64,000 nucleotides of DNA from Styela clava (Eukaryota). Within the stretch, counting starts at the first letter, position 1; every line of letters starts with the position of its first letter. Shown here one piece after another: positions 26,039 to 39,800 of the stretch. Position numbers and translations under genes: made by a program. The notes below the pieces were generated by a model. That model was not told where the DNA came from, did not search any database, and saw only the letters and a program-made list of their open reading frames with translations. The stretch is from positions 16,306,001 through 16,370,000 of the forward strand of contig NC_135257.1 of the NCBI RefSeq assembly GCF_964204865.1, written 5' to 3'.

Positions 26039-27845
26039 ATTACGTTTAAAAAAATTCATCACACTAGCTTAACGCCAATTTCACAGTCAATATCTAAATG
26101 TGTTTGCCAATGCGAATGAATACTACGTATGAACTAATCCTAGCGGTGTATTATTTTTGTGAATTATTTCTCAGAGGATAAAAATTCTTGATCGTACCTG
26201 ACATGAAATGTTTGTTGTGACGCACCTACTATACTCAATCGTGTTAAAAAGTCAAATTTGTGATGCGGTGGTGGTTTGTTTAAAATTGGTTGCAGCCGAC
26301 TTTGCATCATCTACTTTTGCATTGACTAGACTTGCGTGTCCATGTCCTTTTGAAAATGTTTTCCTTGGATTTCAAAGTAAATTCTATTCAACGTGGGGAA
26401 TTTGTCGTAAAATCCATGGTTATCGCGGTTTCTCTTTTGTGGAAAACTTATGTTTTCTACATAAGTTCTTTCTAATCTTCTAATACAATCTCTGCAAAGA
26501 TCATCAAGCAATGCTAAATAAAATAAGTGTAGTAGTGTGCTTCAAAGTTTCAAATGTTAACATTGTGAATTGTTTATATGATCACAAGTCAATGATATGT
26601 CAATGTTATATGATCCCATATCTTATCGGTATGATATTTTTTACGCGAAAAGAAATGATTTTGATGGAAAGAATAAAAACTTAAATATATAAATAAAAAC
26701 AAAAACATTTTGCAAATTTTATTATTGACATACAAAAAAATCATGTCGACGGAAACAAAAATATGCTTTCCCACGATAAAAAATGGTTGAAAAACAAACA
26801 AAGAGAGATTCTGTATACTCGTAAGACCAGATTTTTTCAAGTTTAATTCTATTTTTCATATAAAATGCGTGTTCATATGATTTTTATTCTGCTCACTCAG
26901 AAGTAGATATACAATAATATATTTCTTTAATTAATGCCTTTTATTATAAGTCCACAAATTGTGTGCTTTGTCATAGATGTTTACGTAGTCTCTATATTTT
27001 AAAGTGGGTTTTGTCACTAAATGCAGGGTTTTCACTTACTCAATGCGATCATGAATCGGATTATCAGATTAAAGTAGCTATATCTCCTCAGTCTAGGGTG
27101 CTTTTTTCGCTTCTAAAAATATACAGTATAATGAATAGTATTCCGCGTAATTTAATCCATTCCAACGATTACACTTTAATTTACCATGCACGTTCTGTTA
27201 GCAAATCTTTATTTCCGTAGAGGTGAAGACAAAAACAGTATAATACCTTTGAAATACTGATTTTTCCTAAGTTAATAGTCGAAGATTATGATACATAATA
27301 TAGCTGAAGCCTCTTGTGAAAAGTATGGGAATAAGCTGGGCTTCAATGAGGCTGTCGGTATAAATATTTGGTAGAATTAGAACAAGACATCAAAACTGGC
27401 TGTTAGTCCTAGGAATGTTAGGTCGTATCGTTCTGGGCCCTTATTGCAAATATCAGCAGAGCCGAAGTAAGAAATACAGGGGTTTCTCGGTGTATAGATA
27501 TATATATTAGACTTTTGCTATAGAGAATGCTTTGTAGTGAATTTCTCATGTGCGTAGCCCGCAATAGATTTGTTACAACTCCTATTAGAAGTTATTCGCT
27601 GTCGAGGATAAGATATAGTTGTATGTTAGTTCTAAGTCAAGATATCTTTAGACTCAAATAAAAATGGATATTTATTTTCCCAGTGAGTGATTGCGAACCT
27701 ATCAATGGCCACTTTCCAAAACTGCTGATAACAACTTCACAATTATAGAATTTGATGAAACAACTTCTAATTTATATTCTTTTACTTTTATGTTAGATTT
27801 ACAACAAAGTGCTAGAAAGCAAATTTGTTGCGTAGCGTTAAAAAT

Positions 27846-30800
27846 ATGCTAAACAAAGGAAAAATAATTATATTAGCTGTTATCGTAGCATCACTGCTCT
27901 TTAAAGGTAAAGAAATCATATGTGGAATCATTTTTCTTAATTATTTATAATTTATTCTTTTAAATAAATAATGCATGCAACAAAACACTAGATGTTTTGT
28001 TTCGCGTCCGATATTAGTGATTCTTCTCGCTCTTCATTATTTTGTTTGTTTGTTTTATAACAATTATAAGCAGAATACTTTTCTGGGACTCCCTTATAAT
28101 TCAATATATTTTCAGAAGGAAAAAGTACCCGGATAAAAGAAAGAAAAACGTTCTGCTATGTGTGCGACAATGCTGCGAATAACAAAGAATGTAATAAAAA
28201 TGGACCGATTGAATGTCAGCCTAGTCAGGTAAGTGCTGTGGCCTGTAGGTATAATGATATTACTCATAGATTTATAGTAATAGGTAACACCGGTAATGAA
28301 AAGCCTGTCTTGAACTCACAAAAAGTTAATAACAGATGTACTGTTTTGACCAAAATGTGCCTTTACAGCGGAAATTCAACCTGCAAACTTTGCAGTAAAC
28401 GACTTTAGCCTTCCACATCATTCTGGGAAGTACTTGAAAGCGGATAGCGTACAACTTTCGTTTCAAACCCCTGTCTTCTGGCATCACTGTCACAAGAAAA
28501 AAACGGACCTCCTGAGGTATGCGCACCAAGATGGCGCACAACCTGAACTCAGGTTGTGTACTAGGGTAGGGTTCGGATTGTGCGACAGTTTGGTGCGCAT
28601 ACTTTGGGAGTACCAAAAAAACAATTCGATGCTTAAGCGTTTAAAGGTATCGATTCAGCTATTCTAACAGCAATCATTTCTCTTAAATTTGAGGGCTCGG
28701 AACTTACCCTGAACAATTTCGTACAAAAATAAAAAAAAATAAAAACGTTCATTTACCTAATTTTTAGAGTTCCTGTTTGACTGAAATAAGAACTATCAAA
28801 CCAACGGCATACTCAACCGGCTCTGTTCGAATCACGAAGAGATGTAAGCAAGACATTGCATGCAACTCAAATGAACGACAGAACATATACAGATCGTTTC
28901 ACAATCAATGTAACAGTGATCCAAGTTCTAGATTCTCAGTTTGTCGGTGAGTTCTTTTTTATATCGATTGAATTTAAAAACATGCCAATTCTGTCAAGTT
29001 TGACTTAAGAAATAACTCATACTTGTTTAGGGGTTATTCAGAACGTTTTCAAATAACGAATACAGAATTTTGTGAAATATATATATAAGTATGTTATTTA
29101 CAAAAGGTACTGTTTTATGAAAACATTTGAGAATTCGTGGTGAGAGTAAAAAAAGGAGATAATTCAATTTGGGCTCGTTTGATATGCAACGTAAAAAGAC
29201 CAAAATCTAAAACTACCAATAGTTCAGTTGAAGTTGGGAGGCGACAACTTTTTTAGGTTATATTTCAAGCTTACAACATCGAATGGAGGAAATATTGTAT
29301 TTTATTTCAAAATTAAATTTAAAAACGAGATGCGATCCGAGTAAACAATATCTGTGTTTTTAGGCATTGCTGCAAGGACGATAAGATTCATGGCTGCAAC
29401 AAAAATTTGGAAGGTAGAGATATATAATACTTTAAATTACAATCTTAAATAAATAGTAATCGTTGAATGAAATTCAAATATAAATATTAAATCTTTAGGG
29501 CGTGGTTGTCCAAAGATGAAAGCACCGAAACATGGCAAATTAAACTGCAGAAGTGATAAAAAAGGAATCAAATGTAAAATAAGCTGCAAATCTGGTTTTA
29601 TTCTATCCAATGCCAGTTTGTCAACCATAACGTGTCGAAAAGATGGAACGTGGTCAAGTATCGTGCCGAGGTACGTTTGTAAAAATAATGACGTTTATTT
29701 TGCTAATTACCACGTTAAAAATGGTACTCTATTGTCTTAAAGAATAGGCAATGGATATATTTGGTGCGACTTCCTTAAACTAAGCTTTTAAAATTATCTG
29801 TCAGTATCTTTAAAATACTATTTAGGACAAAATAGTGATTTTCAAGATAGATATAAACTAGTTTAAGCGAACCGATTCTCGAAGATACCGCCAAAGCAAA
29901 CATTAGAAATTTCGAGAATTGTTAAGCATAGGAAGAATTCTTTTGGGGTTTAAATCGAGGAAACAACCACCCACACAAGTTTATTTTCATCATTATTAAA
30001 CTACATATTTTACAGTATTTTGCTATTTTGTATTTGCCGCAATTTCATTGTTTTTTAATCTATTTGAATCAGCAAACATCTTATGATGCCTTGTATATCG
30101 CATTTTGAATACTTTCCTTCATTTTCCCCTTTACTTTTCAATCCACAGTCCTTTGTACCAACGTGAAAATACAAACCAATTCATTTCATTACTATTTTAA
30201 TTTAGATGCAACCCAATGATATCTTTCGGAAGAAGTTCAGTCACAGAATCTGTTTGTCCTACGATCAAACCGACAGCCAACGCCAAATTATCGTGTTCAG
30301 AAGACGTAAGAATATTTTATATCACGCGTGTTCCCCTCATTTTGTTCCGAAGGCTCTGTATAAGTATCCACAGATATCTAACGATACGTGTGAAGCTACT
30401 AGTTTTGGAAGATCAGGAATGTCTTTCGTTTTCGGAATTGCCTACTCAATTTATTACAGCCTAGGCGAGGTGGTGGAAATAGGATTATTTACATATATCC
30501 ATTTCAATATGATAATTCTCAAAATATTCATATTGAATATGTATGTAGTTGATTATTCTAACAACATTTGTAAAATAAAAGGTATAAGAATAAGTTTATT
30601 TTACTTTTCATGACAAAATTTTGAACAATCTCGTATCACAAACAGTAAAATTCGTATGTTGCCGGCATTGGTGTGAAATGAAATTATACAGATTGAAAAA
30701 TTGTAATTGGTCATAAATACAAAACAAAATATGCAGAAAAAAAGTTATAGATTTCCATATTTTCTAACTTAGTGTGACGGGAAGGATTGTTTTGTGGGAA

Positions 30801-33800
30801 CTACATGTAATTTGCAATGCGAAGATGGATACATTAGTAAAGGTCCAACTATTACTTCGTGTGATTCCGACAAGAAACGAAAATCTGGAAAATGGAATCC
30901 AACATTGGATAAAACTCTGTGTGAAGGTAAGGAGACGGCGTTGAAAAACTTTACAAATTTTAAACACAAAGTGTAGGCCTACTTATTTTTGATAAATTCT
31001 TGTCGTTCTCTTGGAAATGTTTCGTTGTTGTGTGAAAAAATCGTGTTCAGAAGAAGTTGCTGAAAGCTATTGTATTTTGATTTTTTCAAATTCTATAAAA
31101 ATTTATATATATTTATCATCTATTTAATTTCTCAAATTCTATATTTCTATATTAATAAAAGGCACGCAATTTGGCTAAACTTTACTGACAATGTTCTGTA
31201 TGAGTTGAATATATTTCTATTCAATAGCGAATATTTATATATGCTACATTCTAATGATTGCGTGACCCTATTTAAAAAAAAGGATGTTCAACTCTAAAGC
31301 CACCCAAAAACGGCATAATAAATTGTGAAGGATCCGGATATAAAGGAAAATGTCGGATTGTATGCGATTCTGGATATATTATCTCCGATGCAATGTTGTC
31401 CAGCATAAGATGTCATAAAAATGGATCATGGTCAAATAATATTCCAAGGTATAGTCTGTTTATCTTGTTTATTTGGTCAAATAAATTATTATAATGTGAC
31501 CGTACTTTTCAATGTATACTAATTTTTGTTATATTCAGATGTACGGCTGTAAAAAGTTTTGAAAGAAGTATTGACTTCAACATTATGTTTTGTCCAGAAC
31601 TTAGCCCGATACTCAACGCCAACATGATTTGTTCTGACGAGGTGAGAATTTTTCCCATTATATAATTTTTGAAACACCGATGGTATCGGAATTTTTGCCC
31701 TGTATCTCGTGTATTGTAATTTTTTTATACCACGCGGAGTTTAAAATAAATTATCTTTTCTAAAAATATTTTTATACCTTTTTAAATATCAATTTGATTG
31801 AACTAATTAATTTGTAAATCGATTAGTATTGATGGAATCTACTAATTAACACTTAAAAAAAAGATACCATTTTTACCAACTGTACGCCAGCTTTGGGGTA
31901 GCTACCCTTCCATTTGTTATTCCATGAACTGTGGTTGTCATGGTTATCCCGCTTGTCGTGCCAAGAGTCATTTTTTCCACTTGGAACGAACTATACTGGG
32001 AATATCGGGTCGCTTAGATGTATCTTGAAGTCCGGCTTTTGTTAGTATTCTATGTTTGTCTTTTTTCCTCAGTATGATTTAATGTTAGAACTCCCTCATA
32101 GATGACGCTACTTGACAGCCTTTCACTCGCCCCCTTTACACTGAAATGCATTTTTGTTTTTATTTTTCTGCATTCTGTATGTACAATTGAGTACTTGAGG
32201 CATTTGAAAAAAAAATCAACTACTGACTGACTGATTTACTGAGTCAAGATAGAATACCTCGTGTATTTTATTGCGTTATTTTAAAATCGGTTCGCCCCGT
32301 GGTATTGCTCTCAGTTTCCTCTCTGTAAAATAAGTTTTTCACCCCTGTTATAGTTTTACGAGACTGTACATTTTTCCATTGCTTTACAGTGTGATGGAAG
32401 AGATTGTTTGGTTGGAACTACATGCAAGTTGCAATGTATTGAGGGATACATAAGCAACGGAACGACATTAACTTCATGCGATCTTGACAATGACGAAAAA
32501 TCGGCAAAATGGAATCCAACGTTTGATAATACCAAGTGTGAAGGTGCAGTAAAGAATTTAGAAACAATTTTCGGGTTTAGACTGTTGACGGGCCATGATT
32601 TTTTCCACATTCTCGGCTATTCTGATAGATTTCGCGGGGATAGATATTAAATATATACATGAAATAAGAGTGCAAAGCACAAATATATGGACCCGAGGTA
32701 CCGTAGTAAAACAGAGCCGTTCGATATAAATTAGAGAAAATTCGCTTGGTTACGCAGTTTATTTCTTTTAATCTATCAGAAAACAGTAATCAAAGAGAAC
32801 CAACTAAATTTGAGAATAAGATAAAAAAAATAGCTTTTTACCCAGTTTTGAAATGTTCATTCACGTTTCTAATTCACGAGACAATTAGTAAATAAAAATC
32901 AACAACTACAGTATTTTCACAGTAATGGATCGTGGCAATTTTACACCGGGTATAATGGCTTGAATAATAATATATATATTATTCATTTGAAGTATAAAAC
33001 CAAATGCTTGTTCAATAATGAAGTTTAGCAAGTACGATTATCAATTAGTTGGAATCATTAGTTGAATAATTGGTGGCACTCCCGTAGTATATGAATCAAA
33101 ATGGCGGACACCGGAACGTAGTATGTGTACCAAGTTAGGGGTACGCCATAATTTTAATCCAATTTTCTTTATTTTAGTTCTATTACGAGTTTGGGGACTA
33201 GCCAAGTGACTCTCTTGGTGCACATACTCCGGGAGCACCGTAATATTCACTAATCAAACTGAAGCCAAATAATTAATTCCACCTTTGTTTCCAGCGACAA
33301 GATGTCCAAGTTTAGAAGATCCAACAAACGGATATCTTGAATGTACAGGATCTGGGCATACTGAATGGTGTGAGGTTGTTTGCAGTGATGGGTACTTGAT
33401 TTCTGATTTCACGATGTCAAATATAACATGTGATAAAGCGGGAAAATGGTCAAGTGATGTTCCGAGGTAAGAATTATTATTTTTGGTAATTTTTATCAAT
33501 ATAACACTGATTAGGAAATAATATTTTTTTTTACAAATATTCAGATGTGAAGCTATGTCGAATTTCGGACGAAGCATCAACTTTGATTTTGTGTTCTGTG
33601 AGGAAATCTTCGCAACATCACATGCAAACATCACATGTTCAGACGATGTAAGATTTTTATTCGTTTTTCCTTTATTTCCAACGTTGCAGCGCTGAAAATA
33701 TTTGATAAACTTGCTTTGATTCTTTGCAACACTCTTACTATATAACATATTCAGAAGTGTGCTGGATATACTCGTTCTATAATTGTCGCAACCAGACATG

Positions 33801-36800
33801 AATGTGGGAGCAAGTAGATGTTTTTGGTCTCATTTAATGCCTCACTAAGTGGTTTAGACCTATTCGTCGATCGAAATTAGCTACACCTAAGCAACCCGTT
33901 TTACTTCCATAGATTACAAATTTTCAAAGTAGATATTTATGTTAACAAACAGCAAATAATTTTTTTTTTAATTTTAGTGTGATGGAACAGACTGTCTGGT
34001 TGGATCTACGTGTAATTTACAATGTGAAGATGGGTATATTAGTACTGGTCCTACAGTTACTTCATGCAAACTCGACACTGAAGCAACATTAGGAATATGG
34101 AATCCAACTTTTGAAAACACAATCTGTAAAGGTATATTTTAATTTTACGTATTGAGAGAAAAATTGTCAAACAAAAATAGAATCGAAACACTTTGGGCTT
34201 TTTTTGGTTAAAATATTTAAATATTTGAACGTTTAATCAAAATTAAACTTCATACCTTCGTTTGAAAATAGGCTGTCCCTCTTTGCAAGAACCGATCAAC
34301 GGCTATCTGAAATGTTCTGGAACCGGGTACAATAAAAAGTGTGAAGTTGTTTGTGATGTTGGTCACGTGATTTCCGATGCCTCGTTATCAAATGTAATAT
34401 GTCTTGGAAACGGATCGTGGTCAATAGATTTACCGAGGTAAGAATTCCCGATGCTTCCGAAGTATGTCTTATGTGTACCAATATGGAGGTAACTAATTTC
34501 GTTCGCCTTTTTCACATCCAGTTGTGTAAAGGGAATGCACCCTACGGGTAAGGGGATATATTCACTTGGCTACCACAGACAGTCCTCGAACTCGTAATAG
34601 AACAAAAATAATGAAAATCGGAATAAAATTATCGTCTAAACCCAACCTGGTACACATGCTACGGGAGTACCGTATTTTCAATCTTACAAATTTAAAAGAC
34701 ATTATGATATTATGTGATTTGACTTAACAGTGAGTTTCAATCATTTCAGATGTGAAGCGATATCAAATTTTGGACGGAGTAAAGACTTTAATCTTGTTTT
34801 CTGCGATGAAATCGCTACAATACCACATGCCGACATCACATGCTCAGAAAATGTAAGAAATATCATTCGTTATCCTTATCAATGAATAATTGTTTGAATA
34901 AAATAATATCCTTCACCAAATTCACCATCCTGTAACCTATTTATTGTTTTGAAGTGCAATGGAGTAGATTGCTTGATTGGAACTACCTGTAGTATACAAT
35001 GTGAAGCTGGTTATATTAGCAATGGGCCAACATTTACTTCATGTGATCCAATCAAGGGAGGAAAATCAGCCACATGGAATCCCGTAATAGACGATACATT
35101 TTGTAAAGGTGAGAACTGCAAACATGTGTACCTTTATGCAGAGATTCACTTTTTTAATCAGTTGCCTTCCTTTCGCCTATTTTTGAACTTTTTATTCATT
35201 CCACCAAGTTCTTCAAACTGTAATATTTTTTTGAATATTTTTGTATTAAACCATCGAACATGGTGAAAGTCACTCACATATTTATAGTTCCATAATACCT
35301 ATATATACATGGCGTTTTGATAACTTTCGATACAATAGTATTTCACACTTACCATTGATAAATGTCTTGGTTGCGTTAATAGATATTAAAATTAGACAGA
35401 TGTTACTACTAAACAATTTCTCATTTCATCATACTAACATAAATCTTCATTTTCACCCAAATTCTTAATGCTTCTTACAATTGTTATTCAACTTTTTCCA
35501 GAATCATGCAAACCACTTGAAGCCCCAGCAAATGGATCCATAGCATGTGTGAATGTAAATGAAACCGATGATGTCATATCAGCATGTAGAGTTACTTGTA
35601 ATGCAGGCTATGAATTAGTTGGGACTGAAGTTAGATTCTGCAATAAATCAGGATTGTGGTCTGGAGAAAATGCTAAATGTATAGGTGAGTTAGCGTCCTG
35701 GAAAGTATGAAACTGTATTGAATACGGGTGTTTCATTTCGCATTTTCGTATTACTTGATCCTTATTTGGTACGATCATAAAACATGATTGAATCAACAAT
35801 TTATAGCAACAGAAAATAAAATCTTGTTTCACAAAATACACAAGTTTTATCCAATTTTTTTTAGAAAATAGTCGAGCACCGTATGACTGACTAACTCTAT
35901 ATCAGGAAACCTGCAAAAGGGAAAAAAAATGTTTTTTTTTCCGCCTCTACTTCATTGATAAAATTAGGCATTTTTCCTTTATTGCAAAGTCGACTAACTC
36001 TATAAAAATGTAATTGAGTATAACTATCATTTAGTGTCGACAGTTTGTCCAAAACTGCAGCCACCAGTTAACGGAAACATGGAGTGTATTGGTGACCAAA
36101 CTATCCCTGGTGGATTTTCTTGCAAGATGAGTTGTATACCGGGATATATATTATTTGGTGATGACATAAGAGCTTGCATGTCAGATGGAACTTGGTCAGG
36201 GAAAGATACAAAATGCAACGGTATGTTACAGAAAAAAAAGAATATCATAAAATAATGACGAATTCTGTTTCCTAGATGTCATTTTATTGAGTTTATCACG
36301 AAATCAATTTAGAAAAACGATGCCTTACTTTGAGAAGACCAATGAACGGTGTTCTGAAATGTGTGAAGAACAAAAACATTGAGACGTGTGAAATCAGATG
36401 TACTGCTGGGTACTTGATTTCTGACAGTACAGTATCAAGTATATCTTGTTACAACGGAGTATGGCCGGATCATCCTCCAAGGTAAGTCTGTAGATGTACT
36501 AAGAGAATACATGCAAGTCATGATTTAGATGTGATAATAGTTCGCCGATAGGACAGTCATAAACTATTGTATTGATAACTTCAAATTTGTAATTTCCCCA
36601 TTCATGCAGTTTCTGAGTAGTACCGTATATATTTATACACAACCCTAAAGCAACAGCTTCATCTCCCCACTCTGATTTGATAAAGATTTAATAATTTGAA
36701 CGCGACGTCACTATGACAACATCGTAATGCTTTTAAGCCTACACTCGTTTTCAGATGCGTCAGATTAGCAGCATTTGGAAGAAGTAGTGGAGTTATAGGC

Positions 36801-39800
36801 TGTCCTCAAATCAACGACATTGTGAACGGGAAAATAACTTGTTCTGAAGAGGTAAGATCCACTAACGGCATATTACTTAATAATGCAAAAAAAGCAATGC
36901 ACAAATACATGGACATGAAGGTTCCATAACCTAGCCGCAGAATCTGCAGACTACGCCATTCACACGGAATGTGAGCGAACATAGAATTCGCAAAATCAAA
37001 ACGCGGGGCAGTCGTGACTCGTGAGGGTCACACATACCGGAGTAAAAACAGTGCTTGGATGAATGAACTAAAATAAAACAAGTTATGAAATTTGGGGTGA
37101 AATATTGGATCTACTAAGACTCGGACAAGTTTTTGAAAAAGTGATAGCCGTTTGACGAATATTTCCTTCCAGTACCAAAAATTTTACATCCATCGGTCCA
37201 TAACAACGACAACGCTAAGCAAAACGATCCAGACACCACCTCGTGTTCAATAACTTAATATTATAAAATATATTTGTATTGTTTGCAGTGTAATGAGGGC
37301 AACTGTGCTTTGGGAACTGAATGTAATTTACAATGTGAAGATGGATATTCAAGCAAAGGTCCAACATCCACTTCATGCGATCCCGGGGAGAAAACATTGG
37401 CAAGATGGATTCCGCTGTTAGAACATACACGTTGCGAAGGTTTGCGATTAAAATAGAATTAATGTGATGAAGTATAGCTAAACCTATCACATTATGTCTA
37501 AAATGTATTCCAAGGCTCTTTGTTTTTCATATTGAATACTAATCGAGTATGTGTTATTAAGAGCCTGGTTTAGGAGGGGAGAAGGAATTAACGTGAACAA
37601 AAAATATTGCTTTAATCTGATTTTAAATCGAGTTGCATAAAATGTAATGATTATCTTTTTTTGCAGAAAATGTTGTTTGTACGCCTTTCAAAGTAAAGAA
37701 TGCTGTTGTCGAATGTTTTGGGCCAGTTGGTGAGGCAGGCATCGGCTCTAAGTGTTACATTACTTGTATGTATGGATTGTTGCTATCAGGCTCTGCTTTG
37801 AGAGTTTGTGGTGACGATGGACAGTGGACGAATGATATGCCAACATGCACAGGTATGCATCAGGTCCTTGTATGTTTAAAGTCTTTGTATATGAGGTATG
37901 TTCAATCATTAAATTGACTCATGTTCATGGGTATATTATAACCATATTGTAATTTTTTATACTTTCATTTATATCTCCTTATTATAGCGTCATGCAAACC
38001 GCTAAAATCTCCACCAAACGGCTCGATAACTTGCGTGGATACGGACGAAGCCGGTGAATATAAATCGGCATGTCGATTTACGTGTGACGACGGATATCAA
38101 CTCATTGGACAATATGTCAGATACTGTGACACATTAGGAATATGGTCTGGAAAAGATTCTAAATGCTTACGTGAGTTTATATTCTTGATGGAGTCCTTGA
38201 AAGTTTGGTGTTCACTGTGAAAATAGACTTTTTTAGAAGAATATCACTATTGATCCAGAAGTTCACAGAATGAAATTTAAAATAAACTCAACTGTAATAT
38301 TCTGCAATATAGCAAAATTCAACATATTCTAAATAGGAACAAATCACTGAACGTAAATCTAGAATATATATAACTTTATTTGCACATGTAAATGCTCGAT
38401 TGAAAATGTTTCACACTTTATCATAGTATACAACATTTTGTTATAATATGTTAAGTTACAATTATTTCAATCAATAAAAAAGTTAACCATACGGACCCAC
38501 CCGAAATATTTCTAAGTGAAATAGTTTCTAAAATTTTAGCTTCAACCGTATGTCCAACTCTTCGATCGCCAATAAACGGCAGAATAGAATGCATTGGAGA
38601 CAATTCAGTATCAGGAGAAATGTCATGCAAAATTAGCTGTTCTCCTGGATATAAATTATCAGGTGATAAACTCAAAGCTTGTCTGGCTAATGGGACTTGG
38701 ACAGGAAGAGAAGTGACATGTACGGGTAAGACAACAATAGTATAGCGTTTATTCTATATGGTGAAAATTTTCATTCAATTTTTATACCTTCCAATCGAAT
38801 ACAATTTGAAAAAAAAACTTCGGTTGCAAATGAAATCACATCGCTGTTCTCGACAAGTTTGTTGAGTCAAGCATGCAAACTCTGCTAGCTATTCGTAGTA
38901 TAGACACTGGATCAGGTTTTATGACATATTGTACTTTGTAAAATGTGGAAATCGACTTTATTTTTCATTTTTTTCAGAAATCGAATGTCCTCCGATGAAT
39001 CTTCCAAACAACGGATATCTTAAATGTACAGGAAACGGCCAGAATGAAATATGTCAAGTTGTTTGTGACTCGGGATATTTGATTTCTGACTTGAGTCTCT
39101 CCAATATAACATGCGATAAAGATGGATCGTGGTCAAATGTTGTACCAAGGTAAAATAGGGATCACAAGTTGATAAAATTGCGTAGATATGTACCGACCAC
39201 GTTGTGAAATTTAACAAACAATGCACGAAGCATAACTTTCGTTTTAAACTGTGAATTATGTCTGAACTTCGGTGGACAATCTCACATTTTTTTTTCGATT
39301 GCAATAAATTTTTATTTGAATACAAAGTTATGCAAGGTAAAGTTGTTCTAATCGAAAGTCAAAATAATTATTCATGGTGCAATTGAATCAATCGATTGGA
39401 CTTATTAAAAATATTACAACCATTCAAATTTATCCAAATTAATAGTCTTGACTGTAATGAGTGGTTATTTTTCTGTTTTTAAATACTGTATGCATTGTGA
39501 AGATTTATATATATATTCACTTTCACCGTCACTTTTTTTGCATCCCCTTATATCCGCCAATGATCTGTTCACAATTATTTGTAGATGCATAGCAGTGGAC
39601 GTTTCTAATTTCGGAAGAAGTTTAGACATTTTATTTTGTCCTGAACTTGGAGAAGTTCCGAACGGAAAAATTTCATGTTTGGAAGAGGTAAGTGCTTACC
39701 TATTTGCAAATTTATCACGTAATAGTGATTCGTGAAGATAGCTTCACAAATTCCGCGTCAAATTAAATAATTATTTTTCATATTTCTTGTTCAGTGTGAT

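Noticed and set aside
26197-26513. Minus-strand exon-like stretch (LLDDLCRDCIRRLERTY...)
   Set aside because: It has stops in all frames and no recognisable domain, so a call cannot be supported.
31880-32240. Possible 3' end of a LINE with a (CTGA)n tail
   Set aside because: It is single-copy in the window and no RT motif was recognised.
33254-33799. 181-aa minus-strand ORF and similar antisense ORFs over CCP and scramblase exons
   Set aside because: These are antisense shadows of real plus-strand exons plus intron sequence.
30206-39687. FGR repeats as a classical neuropeptide (F-amide) precursor
   Set aside because: There are no paired upstream cleavage sites to release short peptides, and each motif is tethered to disulfide-bonded modules. 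It is kept only as a possible processing site.
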